NCBI GenBank assembly: GCA_951406725.2
Contig: OX597815.1
Coordinates: 211,916,001 to 211,980,000, forward strand
Source: Octopus vulgaris
Taxonomy: Eukaryota
DNA: 64,000 nucleotides
Direction: 5' to 3'
Each line of letters begins with the position of its first letter. The first letter of the stretch is position 1. Under the pieces are notes generated by a model. The model searched no databases, was not told where the DNA came from, and worked only from the letters and a program-made list of their open reading frames with translations. This document shows, in pieces, positions 14,992 through 27,908 of this stretch. The translations under genes were made by a program, and so were the position numbers.

Positions 14992-15480
14992 ATGTAAGGC
15001 GGCGAGCTGGCAGAAACGTTAGCAAGCCGGGCGAAATGCGTAGCCGTATTTCGTCTGCCGTTACGTTCTGAGTTCAAATTCTGCCGTGGTCGACTTTGCC
15101 TTTCATCCTTTCGGGGTCGATAAATAAAGTACCAGTTACGCACTGGGGTCGATGTAATCGACTTCATCCGTTTGTCTGTCCTTGTTTGTCCCCTCTGTGT
15201 TTAGCCCCTTGTGAGTAGTAAAGAAATATATATATGTGTGTATGTGTTTGTGTCCGTGTTTGTGTCCGTGTTTGTCTCCCCCCCCAGTATCGCTTCACAA
15301 CCGGTGTTAATGTGTTTACGTCTCTGTAACTTAGCTGTTCGGCCAAAGACACCGATAGAATAAGAACCAGGCTTAAAAAATAGATACTGAGGTCGATTCA
15401 TACGACTGAAAATTCAAAGCAGTGCTCCAACATGGCCGAAGTCTAATGACTGAAACAAGCAAAAGATAAAAAATAAAAGA
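14658..15480 (+). mobile_element. Nested SINE cluster: partial family A, then a family A copy with a family B copy (14996-15225) inserted in its internal (TG)n
   Basis: Two A heads (14658, ~14798), a complete B copy, and an A tail at 15250-15480. Confidence 0.85.
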
Positions 15481-15519
15481 TATATATCTATAAATAGAAA
15501 GAGAGAGAAAACAAACATA

Positions 15520-15580
<61 letters not shown>

Positions 15581-15789
15581 CGTTTGAAGTTCACTTAACA
15601 TTGATGAGTTGACGCTTCATGATATCCTGAGGAAGTAGCCTCATTTATATCATTACGTCAAACCACTGAGTTTCAAACCACTGAGTTTCACTTACTCACA
15701 CATTGTGACACATTGCTGGGAAATTTCTGGTAATATTTGGTTAAACATTTAAGTATGATATATTGAAAGAAATGGTTAAGGAAAGAGAA

Positions 15790-16340
15790 GGTATTCTCAA
15801 CCTGACATGCACACTTAAATACAACTCCAAATCAAATATCATTAGAAATTTCGTTGCCATAATAGGTAAACATTTCCCCATTAACTATCTGTATAGAAAA
15901 TTATTTCGCAAATACTTCCTAAAAGCGAGTTATAGCCGTATGCCAGGCATCAAATATTCTACAATATACAAGCTAAGTATATAAAGGTTAATTTAATGTA
16001 CATGGTGACATACTAATCTGTGCCCACCCGAGAAGTCGTACAATGCAAAGGCGAAAATATCTAAAAGAGGCATCACTAATACGAAACAAAACAGCACCGT
16101 AGCATGTAGACATTGCATTGATATAGTGAACGTTAGCGTTGAGCAGAGTTAATTTGAACCACACATCATCGTCTGGAAAAAGTCGGAATAAAACAACATT
16201 CTCAAGTTATATCTGGTAGATAAAAAATTTGATGCTAATTTGACAAAATTTGAAGTCCCATAGAAGATTATACGATATATTAATGGGTTTAAAGCCTTAG
16301 ATTTAAAGATAGCTAAAATAAAAGATTAATCAAAAGTTCT
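15790..16340 (+). mobile_element. Penelope-like element relic (linker/endonuclease region)
   Basis: SNIIRNFVAIIGKHFPINYLYRKLFRKYFLKASYSRMP resembles the PLE motif TNIG..F...IDKHFP..H.L.KIFN...K.SYSCMPN; further on, NKTTFSSYIW*IK. Confidence 0.55.
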
Positions 16341-16732
16341 CGTTAATAGCTAAACTCAATTTCAGAGTGTTTTATTAAAGGTTGCTACTTCCCTGAGCAC
16401 CTATTGAGATTTTGTAAATAGATACTATCCCGGATGAAGCAGACCAGCATTAGATTATCATACTATTCCCTTTTAGTTCTTTTGTTTTATCATGAATGTC
16501 TTCAAAATTACCCTAAATATTAATTCTCCAGCTATTTCATATTACTGCTTCTGAAGTAATAAAAATTTCAGAACCATTCCCTAATCACTTTAGTAATTTG
16601 AATTCCTATATTGAAACATGCCAGTCTAAGAGTAACAACCCAGCTCAACCAAGAGGATTTTAAGAGAGTTGTACACATTTTCACAGCTCAAAACTCACGG
16701 TTCATGACAGGAAGTCATATACACACATATAT

Positions 16733-16865
<133 letters not shown>

Positions 16866-16921
16866 CATATACATATATATGTATATATGTATGTATGTAT
16901 CTATCTATCTATCTATCTATC

Positions 16922-16959
<38 letters not shown>

Positions 16960-17015
16960 TACATACATATATATACAATATACATATATAAATTTACGTG
17001 TATATATTCGGATAA

Positions 17016-17099
<84 letters not shown>

Positions 17100-18112
17100 A
17101 TGTATGCCAGAATTTGTATGCGTCATTATGTTTGTGTTTATCCCGTACCACCACCAGATAACCGGTTTTGGCTTGTTTACATCCTCATAACTTCAACAAT
17201 TCGACAAAAATAGAGCAAGAGAATAAATACCAAACTTAAGAATTAATTATTGGTTTCGATATTTTTTTTTACTACATTCCGGTACGGCTACAGTCCAATA
17301 CCTCAACCAGGTAAAAAGTAAAATCTAAATTAAAAATATGGTAGTGATACATTGGAAAGTGAACTTCGAAAGTCTTCATTTCAATGTTAGGAATACCCGG
17401 AATACATTTGACTGTTTTGACATCTGCTATTTGAAGTACTGACTAATATAATTTTAACTCATCATGAACTTGATAGTTTACCGGATCAAGTTAATTACGT
17501 CAAATCGAATAAATGTTCAATACTACTAGATATTTAATTAATTCTTTAATATAAACTAGGATGGGGGGAAACGATTATACATTTCATTGAAATTAATTTT
17601 TGCTGCATATGCAATTAGCTGATTGATATTAGATAGATTATAGATTTAATGGTAAATTATTCAATATTTTGAAAGTTATAAAATTATTTCGCGTGCAAAG
17701 TAGGCAATTAATTAGAATGAGATGTAGATAGACATCCGACAACTGATGAAGTGTCGTTCTTTATGTTACTTGTTCTGCTTTCCATTTGTTTCTCTCGTTG
17801 TTTGCGTATTGAAGTCACATGCTTTCGTATTTCATGTTTACTGTTTGTGACGTCCTGTACCCATATATGCATATGTGTGCGTGTATATATATATGCATAT
17901 CTTATATTGTGTTTGTGACTGGTTTCGCTTTCGCTAATCATGACATTAAAATTTATTTAAATATGTATTTTCTCAAGAAAATTTTTTGTCCATGTTTTGT
18001 GTGGAGTTTATGAATGAATGATTCAACAAGTAGAAAAATCTAAGGGAAGGTAATTGATTATCGTTATTATTGTGGACAGGGGAGACAATTGTTCAGCTTT
18101 CGATGGTGGGAA

Positions 18113-18152
<40 letters not shown>

Positions 18153-18244
18153 CACACACAAAAATCAAAAACTAGAGTAGTGGGGTAGAATATGTACAGT
18201 GATGGGTATGTAATCGTGAAGTCAAATATGTATAGAGATCAAAG

Positions 18245-18955
18245 TTGGTTATGTGTGCATATTTTGACGCGTTCTGTATTTTCTTTATTTAAACGTTCTT
18301 GTATAGAAATTTTATCTTTGCACAGATAGAAGGGGAAAACTGAAATTTGGTTTGATATTACCTGCACATCTCTCCATGTGTTCACTTAAAGGGATCTATC
18401 TGTCTGTATTCCGGGAACCGGATCTGATCTTTATGTTGAGTGGTTCTCCGTCTCAATTTTATACTCGTCTGTCCTATATATTGACGTCCACAACCCGAGT
18501 AGGTTATTACATAAATTATATTCTCAGAGGCACAAGTGAAGTTGGTTTTAATTGTGAACCTCTCTCCTTGTTTGAAAAGGAAATCCGAGCTTTCAAGTAG
18601 GTTGGTACATGTTCTACATTTTAGGCGTCCACATTTTATATCCGTTGGCTTCGTGGTTGTTGCGTAAAGCTTCGCATTTGTTAGAAGTCGCTTTAGTGAT
18701 TTGTGTTGCTTTTTGCATTTGATGAAATTATGCGCTTTCGGGATGTTGTTCATTTTTGGGTCTCTAGTTAGTAAAAGAAGATTTTTCACAATAATGTTGT
18801 ATGCCTCATTTTTTCTAGGGTTGTGGGTTGATATATACAGTAGTGTTTTGAGATGAGATGTGGTGTTATGTTTTGTTGTCCTTAGCGTTTTTATGCCTAA
18901 TTTCTTGGTACACTTAATTCCATCGTTTATAAGTGAGGGTGGATATTGTTTTTCA
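18245..18955 (-). mobile_element. Penelope-like element 3' ORF fragment with GIY-YIG endonuclease
   Basis: KCGRLKCRTC...FTCASENIIYVITYSGCGRQYIGQT..LRRRTTQH; the apparent ORF N-terminus is only microsatellite. Confidence 0.9.
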
Positions 18956-19040
18956 ACAGCAGCAGCAGCAGCAACAACAACAACAGCAGCAGCAACAACA
19001 ACAACAACAATAACAACAACAATAACAACAGCAACAACAA

Positions 19041-19092
<52 letters not shown>

Positions 19093-19139
19093 AATAATAA
19101 TAATAATAATAATGATAATAATAATAATAACAACATCGA

Positions 19140-19325
19140 AGAATACCTTAGGAATGAGAACCCAGGTTCGAAATTTCCCCAAGACACCTGATGAAGGCTG
19201 GAGGGTATATCAGCCGAAACGTTGTGTTAACATCAAACAAGATGAGGACAAATATCCGTTGACTGTAAATAATGTAAATAAGGTCAATAATATACATAAT
19301 TCTTCATCTCTTAAGTATAGAACTA
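19140..19325 (+). mobile_element. PLE pLTR-like non-coding tail; 5'-truncated copy at 36322-36418
   Basis: Shared CCGAAACGTTGTGTTAACA...GGACAAATATCCGT...CATAATT.CTCA.CTCTTAA...TAGAACT. Confidence 0.7.
19183..19228 (+). ncRNA. Minimal type I hammerhead ribozyme motif, canonical core
   Basis: GACAC-CTGATGA-A-GGCTG(GAGGGTATAT)CAGCC-GAAA-CG-TT-GTGTT; palindromic AACGTT stem III. Confidence 0.8.
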
Positions 19326-19670
19326 CATGTATTATATATTACACATATATATATGCTTGTATGGATATATATGTTTGTGTGGGAGGTGTGGAGGTGCCTC
19401 AAGCGCTACTGGTAGCTTGTAACCTAAAGTAGACTGTTGCATGGTCGCTTTGTCGGCGACTAAACTGGCAACCCGATCATGTTTGATAGGTGAGGAGGGT
19501 GATTTTTGAACATTCTACGCGATGTTCAAAAGGCAAATGGCAGAAGTACTCAGGAGTCAGCGGCCACCCAATAATATAATCAATATCGTAAAAGAATCTT
19601 GCCCGAGGTACCACGCAGTGGGACTGAAATCGCAACCATGTGATTGGAAGACAAACTTACACAGCCACGC

Positions 19671-19720
<50 letters not shown>

Positions 19721-19747
19721 GTGCGTGCGTGCGTGTGTGTATACATA

Positions 19748-19996
19748 AACCGCACATACTTCAATGTAAGCGTCTTGTTTGTCCGGTGGTTTGCTGCGGT
19801 ACTACGGTACAGTGGTCTGGGAACAACTAACACGCCCGTCTCTGACTTACAGGTTTAAAACACCCCAGACACTGGGTTTTAAAACATCCTGTGCTACGAG
19901 AGAGTCGTCTCCAGGGGTGTGTACCGCACCGAACCGGCGAAAAACAAATCACATAGCTTGAGTATGTGTGGTCGATAATTTTTGCAAGTAGCGCTG

Positions 19997-19997
<1 letters not shown>
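19748..19997. mobile_element. Foldback MITE, Tc1-like right end
   Basis: ACCGCACATACTTCAA pairs with TTGAGTATGTGTGGT; internal inverted blocks; right end ...GCAAGTAGCGCTG|TA. Confidence 0.5.
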
Positions 19998-20038
<41 letters not shown>

Positions 20039-20100
20039 TATTATTAGTGAATTGAAGAAATGGAGTTGAACGAAGATTGAACAGAAATCATTTTATTGCA

Positions 20101-20180
20101 TTCTACACGTGTTTCGAAAGCCACAATTTACCAAATTCCGATTGAATAAGGAGACCATATTGTGTCTTTCTCTTCAGGAA
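20101..20180 (-). ncRNA. Minimal type I hammerhead ribozyme motif, canonical core, long stem II
   Basis: Minus strand reads TTC-CTGAAGA-GAAAGACACAAT...ATTGTGGCTTTC-GAAA-CACGTG-TA-GAA; 11/12-bp stem II, palindromic stem III, GUA triplet. Confidence 0.8.
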
Positions 20181-20304
20181 GAAATAGGAATTCCGTTGGC
20201 AGAACAAAAACAGAACAGAGGCGCAGCAAAACAAATCGAACGAGGAGGCTCCTAAGAGCCCATGGCCAAACTCTCTCTCTATATATATATATACATATAT
20301 ATAT

Positions 20305-20533
20305 ATATTTCTTTACTACCCACAAGGGGCTAAACACAGAGGGGACAAACAAGGACAGACAAATAGATTAAGTCGATTACATCAACTCCAGTGCGTAACT
20401 GGTACTTAATTTATCGACGCCGAAAGGATGAAAGGCAAAGTCGACCTCGGCGGAATTTGAACCAAGAACGTAACGGCAGACGAAATACGGCTACGCATTT
20501 CGCCCGGCGTGCTAACGTTTCTGCCAGGTCGCA
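20305..20533 (-). mobile_element. SINE family B
   Basis: Near-consensus copy. Confidence 0.9.
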
Positions 20534-20540
20534 TATATAT

Positions 20541-20766
20541 ATTGAACAATGAAATCTCAACTTGGTTTGATTTTCACGTTGTATTATTTACAAGTATTGT
20601 CACAGTGATACATCTGACAATTGTAGAACACGACACTAACTACATAAGCTTGGTGATTGCGTAACGCATGAAAGTGCTAGTTTATTTCAATATTGTAAAA
20701 TTGTAAAATTGTAAAAATTACAAATAACACAACGAGAAAATCTAAGTTGGAATTTCATTGATTAAT
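20541..20766. mobile_element. Short element with ~48-bp imperfect inverted ends around a degenerate HHR (20645-20684, +)
   Basis: 20541-20588 is the inverse of 20722-20766; internal TAAGC-TTGGTGA-TTGCG(TAA)CGCAT-GAAA-GTGC-TA-GTTTA; related copy at 32605-32826. Confidence 0.6.
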
Positions 20767-20778
20767 ATAGTGTTCTAC

Positions 20779-21175
20779 AAGGCGGTGAGCTGGCAGAAAC
20801 GTTATCACGCCGGACGAAATGCTTAGCAGTATTTCGTCTGTCTTTACGTTCTGAGTTCAAATTCCGCCCAGGTCGATTTTTTGCCTTTCATCCTCCGGGG
20901 TCGATAAATTAATTACCAGTTAAGTACTGGGGTCGATGTAATCGACTTAATCCATTTGTCTGTCCTTGTTTGTCTCCTCTATGTTTAGCCCCTTGTGGGT
21001 AATGAAGAAATAGGTATTTCTTCTGTCTTTACGCTCTGAGTTCAAATTCCGTCGAGGTCGACTTTGCCTTTCATCCTTTCGGGGTCGATAAATTAAGTAT
21101 CAGTTGCGTACAAGGGTCAGTCTAATCGACTGCCCCCTCCACCCAAAATTTCGAGCCTTGTGCCTTGAGTAGGAA
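20779..21175 (+). mobile_element. SINE family B, partial dimer
   Basis: Body repeated twice; imperfect TSD ATA.TGTTCTA. Confidence 0.88.
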
Positions 21176-21438
21176 CGAACATATTGTTCTATACGTAATA
21201 TATATATATGTGTGTGTGTGTGTGTATTCCTTAATCGGCTTCAATCATCGACTGTTGTAATGCTGGACATTATATCCCTATGTGAATTCGATTACATCGA
21301 CTGATCGATATTTATGGAATCACTCCGTTGTTTTTGCCACTGTATATGTTTATTTACGCATATAGATATGTGTCTGTAGATGTGTGAGTGTCTGAGTGTT
21401 AGTCTGTGTATGTGTGTATGCATGTGTATACTTGTGCT

Positions 21439-21864
21439 TACTCTTTACTCTTTTACTCTTTTACTTGTTTCAGTCATTTGACTGCGGCCATGCTGGAGCA
21501 CCGCCTTTTTAGTCGATCAAATCGACCCCGGGACTTATTCTTTGTAAGCCCAGTACTTATTCTATCGGTCTCTTTTGCCGAACCGCTAAGTGACGGTGAC
21601 GTAAACACACCAGCATCGGTTGTCAAGCAATGCTAGGGGGACAAACACAGACACACAAACACACACACACACACATATACATATATATATATATACATAT
21701 ATACGACAGGCTTCTTTCAGTTTCCGTCTACCAAATCCACTCACAAGGCATTGGTCGGCCCGGGGCTATAGCAGAAGACACTTGCCCAAGATGCCACGCA
21801 GTGGGACTGAACCCGCAACCATGTGGTTGGTTAGCAAGCTACTTACCACACAGCCACTCCTGCG
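21439..21864 (-). mobile_element. SINE family A
   Basis: Near-consensus copy. Confidence 0.9.
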
Positions 21865-22178
21865 TTTGTATACATATAAAGTGCACTTCTGCATATGTTA
21901 ATGGCAAAGCTGTTGTTGTTTTTAATATTATTTGGCACTATGCTGTCTGATATTAAAAAAGATATCAAGACGATATAGCTACTTCTAGCAAATCAAAGGA
22001 CTACTTAGAGACTGACTCTTTGGCTTGAATCTGTGTGGTCGTCGGGAGAGAAGTCACTGGAGACGTTAAAGCCTATCATTTCTTTTTAGGGATTTTCATG
22101 GTTTATAAATCTGCGTTACACATAATTAATATGGACATGCTACTCTACGGGGTTATTTCGGAAGTCGCCCCTTTCTGC

Positions 22179-22573
<395 letters not shown>

Positions 22574-23084
22574 TCTAGCAGGTCGTTAACAAAGGCAACC
22601 GATTCCTGCTATGTGCGCGTGTGCCTGATGGTGAGGTCCGACAGGAAACGCTCGAAGCAGTGGATTAATGATCACAGGACTTCCATATTTACTGGATAGA
22701 TTATCATACCAGACACGGAAGAAGCCTATCAAAGACACAAACGTTTTCGCTTTATTGAAGTTCTCAGAAGCGAGATATCGTTATTGCAGGTCTCCGATGG
22801 ATTCGACACAGCTGCGATCCTTGTTGGTGGTAACTTCCTTTCAATATGGCAGTCTTTTTCTCCATTTCTCCTCCTCTGTCTCTCTCTCTTTCTTACACTT
22901 TCTCTTTCTGTCTCTTTCTCTCTCTCTCTCTTTCTCTGTATACATATATATATATATATATATATATGTGCGTGTGTGTGTGTATGTATGTATGAGTGTG
23001 TGTGTTAGTGTGTAAAACTATATACTTGCATATATATGTGCACATGATATATACATGCGTATTACACATAGATATATATAAAAC

Positions 23085-23126
<42 letters not shown>

Positions 23127-23218
23127 ATGTATATATATATGTGTGTGTATGTACATATATGCATACATATATATAATGTCACTAAGTAACATATATATGC
23201 ATATGTTACTTTAGTGAC

Positions 23219-23264
<46 letters not shown>

Positions 23265-23335
23265 CATATGTGTATATACACACACACACGCACATACACA
23301 GACACACAGACACAGACACACAGACACACACACAC

Positions 23336-23408
<73 letters not shown>

Positions 23409-23599
23409 ACAAACTATATATATATATAAAGTAACAAACGGTACTAAACAGTACCGGCAGTGCTAGAAATAATAGTCTTATGTTTTACCACTACTGGTGC
23501 TGATTAGTACTCTTTGACACTTTAGTGATGTACATATTTCTGCATTCACGTTGTAAGATTGTGAATCAGCCACCCATATCATATATATATATATATATA

Positions 23600-23916
23600 T
23601 ATCACCGTGATCACCGTGACCGACCAGGCTATCAGATGTTGCTACACATCGCTAGTCACAATGCGCTTTGCATTGTTTTGACCTTCAAGTGACGCCACCC
23701 CGCTGCCTAGGCGAGCAGGCCAACAGAAGAGAGAGAGTGAGAAAAAGTTGGTGTGAAAGAGTACGGCAGGAATCGCCACCCACCCCCCCCTGCCGGAGCC
23801 ACGTGGGGTTAGGTGTTTTCGCTCAATAAACACTCACAACGCCCGGTCTGGGAATCGAAACCACGATCCTACAACCGCGAATCTGCTGCCCTAACCACTG
23901 GGCCATTACGCCTCCA
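23600..23916 (-). mobile_element. SINE family C
   Basis: Reverse complement of the family C head; tail also present at 44540-44655. Confidence 0.85.
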
Positions 23917-23925
23917 CACACACAC

Positions 23926-23998
<73 letters not shown>

Positions 23999-24020
23999 CA
24001 TATATATATATATATATATA

Positions 24021-24385
24021 CGAGAAAAACGCCCCCCGTCCAATGGATGGTGCTGATTTGTCAAATATTTAAACCAAATTTTCACAAAACTACTTGTCCG
24101 ACCGTCCCATAAGCCTCCCCTTTGAGAAACAATGATTTAACCTAAATTTGAGACACCAGCAAAAGACGGATTTCGACTGATGCACTTGCGCGTACAAATG
24201 CACGTTCCCACGGTTTTATCGATCTCATTCCCACCTGGAATCGATTTTTGTAATTTTTTCGAGATTTATACACGCCCTGATATCGTCGGTATCTACATAT
24301 CAAATTTGAGTGCAATCAGATGGAGGATGCCCGAGATCCTAGAAGACACACTCACAGACAGACAGAACGGATTTTATATAATAGA
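24021..24385 (-). mobile_element. Non-autonomous Helitron-like element, copy 2
   Basis: Homologous to 6970-7358. Confidence 0.65.
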
Positions 24386-24490
24386 TATTCGCCATGATAG
24401 ATCGCTAGCCACTATACAATCTTTATTTTCTCTCCTTGTTTCTTTCTGTGTTCCTTTTTGTGGAAGAGCGTAGGCTCGAAACGTTAAAGA

Positions 24491-25242
24491 AATTTTTTAC
24501 TGTTGGGGGTTTTTACTGTGTGAAGTTTGGCATTTGTCAAGAGTTTTTTTAAAGATTTGTGTTGCCTTTTGCATTTGAGGATTTTCTGTGTATTTATAAT
24601 GTTTTTCATTTTTGGGTCTGTTGACAGTAGACTGAGGTTTTGTATGATTGTGGTGTATGCTTCGATATTTTTGGGGTTGTGGGTGGAAATGTATGGAAGT
24701 ATTTTGAGGTTGTGTGTGGTGTTAGGTTGGGTGGTTTTCAGTCTAGTGTTGTCTAGTTCTTTGGCGCGTTTTATTCCATACTCTATAAGGGTGGAGGGGC
24801 CAAACTTCACACACCACATCCACCCCCAACAGTAAAAAAATGTGCACGCTCAAACTGTGGTACCTGCCCCTTTCTACTTGAAGGCTCTGAATTTACCTTC
24901 AAACAAGGTACGAAGTTTAAAATCAAGACTAACTTCTGTTCCTCCGAGAACCTTATCTACGTTCTCACATGCGCTGGTTGCCAACATAATTATGTTGGAC
25001 AAACGAGTCTCCCGTTACGTAAACGAGTAACGGTGCATAAAGAACAAATAAATCTCCCGGAATACCGACAAATTCCACTGAGTGACCACTTAGACTCATG
25101 TGCTAAAGACTTAAACCCCAAATTCTATATATTCCCCTTCTACCAATGTAAAGACGGGATCACCACACAGGAGAGAATTAACAAGGAGAATCTCTTTATT
25201 GAAAAATTCCAAACACAACTTAATATGCAAACTCCTCGTTGA
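24491..25242. mobile_element. Penelope-like element with an inverted 5' segment (linker on - at 24491-24800, GIY-YIG on + at 24800-25242)
   Basis: Minus-strand LPYISTHNPKN...KSLKKLLTNAKL matches the 18.2-19.0 kb copy; plus strand KKCARSNCGTC...NLIYVLTCAGCQHNYVGQT...HKEQINLPEYRQIPLSDH. Confidence 0.9.
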
Positions 25243-25851
25243 TCAAACTTCCTTTCTCTACCCCACTCTTCATGGATGGACTAACACAAATATATAAAGA
25301 TACGCTAAAACTTATATTCTTTAAATATCATTTTTACTATTGTTGTTATTACTATCATTTTTATTATAAATGATATGACAATTTGAAATGCAATTGTCTA
25401 TGCAGATTTATATAATTAGAAAATAATATAAATAAAGTGTTAAAATTTGAAAGTTAAGTTAACAAGCAATTATATAAAAAAGATAACGCAAATGAAGCTA
25501 AAATGATAATTTTATAATTTGGGTTTTATTGAAGAACTCAAAAGAGTTGTCTCCCCTTACTCACAACACAGGAACTGAAGAACCAGGACCACAATTACTA
25601 CTACTTCCTGTCCTGCAAACATGCTGAATTTAACAACACAACACATGCTCTTAATCCCTTTGGATCTTAACACCTCAAGGTAATTTTTTCGTAAACAACC
25701 ATAAAACTCAAGATACACAACGAACTCACAATGTATCGGAGAACTTATTTTTTAATTTTTGTACATTTTTATCATTATTCTTTTACAAAAAACAATGCAA
25801 TTTTCTTTTTTTCCCCTTTCTAATTTTTAAAAAAACTTTTTAAAACATAAA

Positions 25852-25892
25852 TATTCTTGACAAGTCATACAATGACGAAAACCGGTTGAATA
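25852..25892 (+). ncRNA. Degenerate minimal HHR downstream of the PLE
   Basis: TATTC-TTGACAA-GTCA(TACAA)TGAC-GAAA-ACCGGT-T-GAATA; stems intact, core has 2 substitutions. Confidence 0.55.
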
Positions 25893-26029
25893 AATATATA
25901 TTTATATATTTTATCAATCTCTCATTTTATTAAAACTTTCTTTCATTTGAGCATTCTGCATTTAAAAAAAATTTTTTCCTTACTTATCATTTCTCCACGT
26001 GCCGTCAACACAACCCCACCATTTATTGA

Positions 26030-26090
<61 letters not shown>

Positions 26091-26558
26091 CGATATCATT
26101 AATACTAAAAGCGAAACGAGTCCAGGAAGAGCCGAACAATTGAGCGGTCGTATCTGATGAGGCAACGGAAATTGATGAAAATGACGTCAGTATTAAGAAT
26201 TCTCGATCGGCACTTTTCGGACGATTATGGTTCCTGTTATTGTATATATTTTCATTCATGTGTATCAACTACAGCATTAGAGTATTTTAGCTATTATTTC
26301 TAACAATGTAGATGTTTCCTAACACCCTAGTCACATTTAGTGACCATTAAAATTCTCCTTTCTGGCGAAACATTGCAAACGGCTCTTTATATTAATTCTA
26401 TAGATACACATTAGCGAATCGCTAAATCATCCAATAATTTGAATGATGAAAACAAATACTAATCTAAACAACTGAATCTACACACGCTTGTCACAGCGCC
26501 GCGTCTCTTACACACATGCATGCATGTATTAATATATGTATATGTATGCATGAGTTCT

Positions 26559-26595
26559 CACCTGAAGATCGCAGTGTCGTGAAACTTTAGTCGTG
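26559..26595 (+). ncRNA. Minimal HHR-like motif
   Basis: CAC-CTGAAGA-TCGCAGTGTCGT-GAAA-CTTTAG-TC-GTG; canonical core and GUC triplet, weak stem II. Confidence 0.55.
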
Positions 26596-27343
26596 CAAAC
26601 GCTCTTTCAGTTTCCAAAAGTTTACCATCGTGTACAATGTGTATTGAGCCCTCCTCTCTCCTTCGTCTAACATAAATTCACGAGTGTGTGTATGTGTGTA
26701 TATGTGTGTGTGTGCGTGTCTGTGTAGCCTTTTACCTTTCCCTCCTTTCTCTCTTCTTTTATCTTCACATCTTTCTCTTTTCGACTAAATCTCTTTCTTT
26801 ATCACTTACATATTCAAATACTCCATTTAGCAAACTATCTCTTCAATACTCTCTTTCTATCCTTTTCTCTACTTGTTGGTTTTTTTGTTGTTGGTGGGTT
26901 TTTTTGTTAGTGTTTTTTTCATTATACAAACGTTATTCTGCTATTCCCTTAGAAATAAATGGGCGTGAATCTCTACAACTGAATCTCGTAATGTGTGGGA
27001 TTGTTTTTTTAATTTTCATTTACTTATTTATTTATTTATTTATTTATTTATTTCTAGTTAGGATGCATGTGTGTTTCTGAAAGCGGTTGCGTTCGGTTTT
27101 TAAATAATACATAGGAATGTCAGAATGAATTTCATTGAGTGGATGCATGTATGTGTTTGCTCATTACTATATCTGTGTGTATGTGAATGTCTATGTACGT
27201 TTGTGTGTGCACGCATATCGGATCGTTTAAACGGTCTTTCTCTGGAATAAGAACTGTAAATGCAAGATTCTTTTAATATCGTGTGTTAAATTTCCTTTTA
27301 ATTTCAGTGAATCAAATAATGTCGACGACGAAGAGGAAGAAGA

Positions 27344-27521
27344 AGAACATGCAGACGCGTCAAATGTTCTATTTTGGAGACTTCTTGCACGCTATTAAAA
27401 TATGGGAACCACTCAACTATTGTCATGTTAATATAGCAGACGAAGACAACGAGAGATTGAGGACCTGCAGAGGTTTAAGGGAGTGTGTGCAGAGAGAAAT
27501 TCCTGCTTGGTGGGCCATTAG
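27344..27521 (+). mobile_element. Unclassified ~170-bp repeat followed by (GAA)n; second copy at 57661-57828
   Basis: Shared GACGC.TCAAATGTTCTA.TTTGG.GACTTCTTGCAC...GAGAGAAATTCCTGC.TGG..GGCCA.TAG then GAA repeats. Confidence 0.7.
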
Positions 27522-27523
27522 GA

Positions 27524-27876
27524 GACGAAGAAGACGAAGACGAAGAAGAAGAAGAAGAAGAAGAAGAAGAAAGAAGAAGAAGAAGAAGAAGAAGAAGAAG
27601 AAGAAGAAGAAGAAGAAGAAGAAGAAGAAGAAGAAGAAGAAGAAGAAGGAGAAGAAGAAGAAGAAGAAGAAGAAGAAGAAGAAGAAATAGAAGAAGAAGA
27701 AATAGACGAAGAAGAAGAAGAAGGAGAAGAATAAGAAGAAGAAGAAGAAGGAGAAGAAGGAGAAGAAGAAATATGAGAAGAAGAAGAAGAAGAAGAAGAA
27801 GAAGAAGAAGAAGAAGAAGAAGAAGAAGAAGAAGAAGAAGAAGAAGAAGGAGAAGGAGAAGAAGAAGGAGAAGAAG

Positions 27877-27908
<32 letters not shown>

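Noticed and set aside
22575-22830. Possible GIY-YIG relic (WINDHRTSI); similar weak PLE or RTE hints at 51770-52260 and 49860-50280
   Set aside because: Similarity too weak to call without a profile search
26112-26192. GAAACGAGTC and CTGATGA..GAAA motifs
   Set aside because: Stems I and II do not pair convincingly
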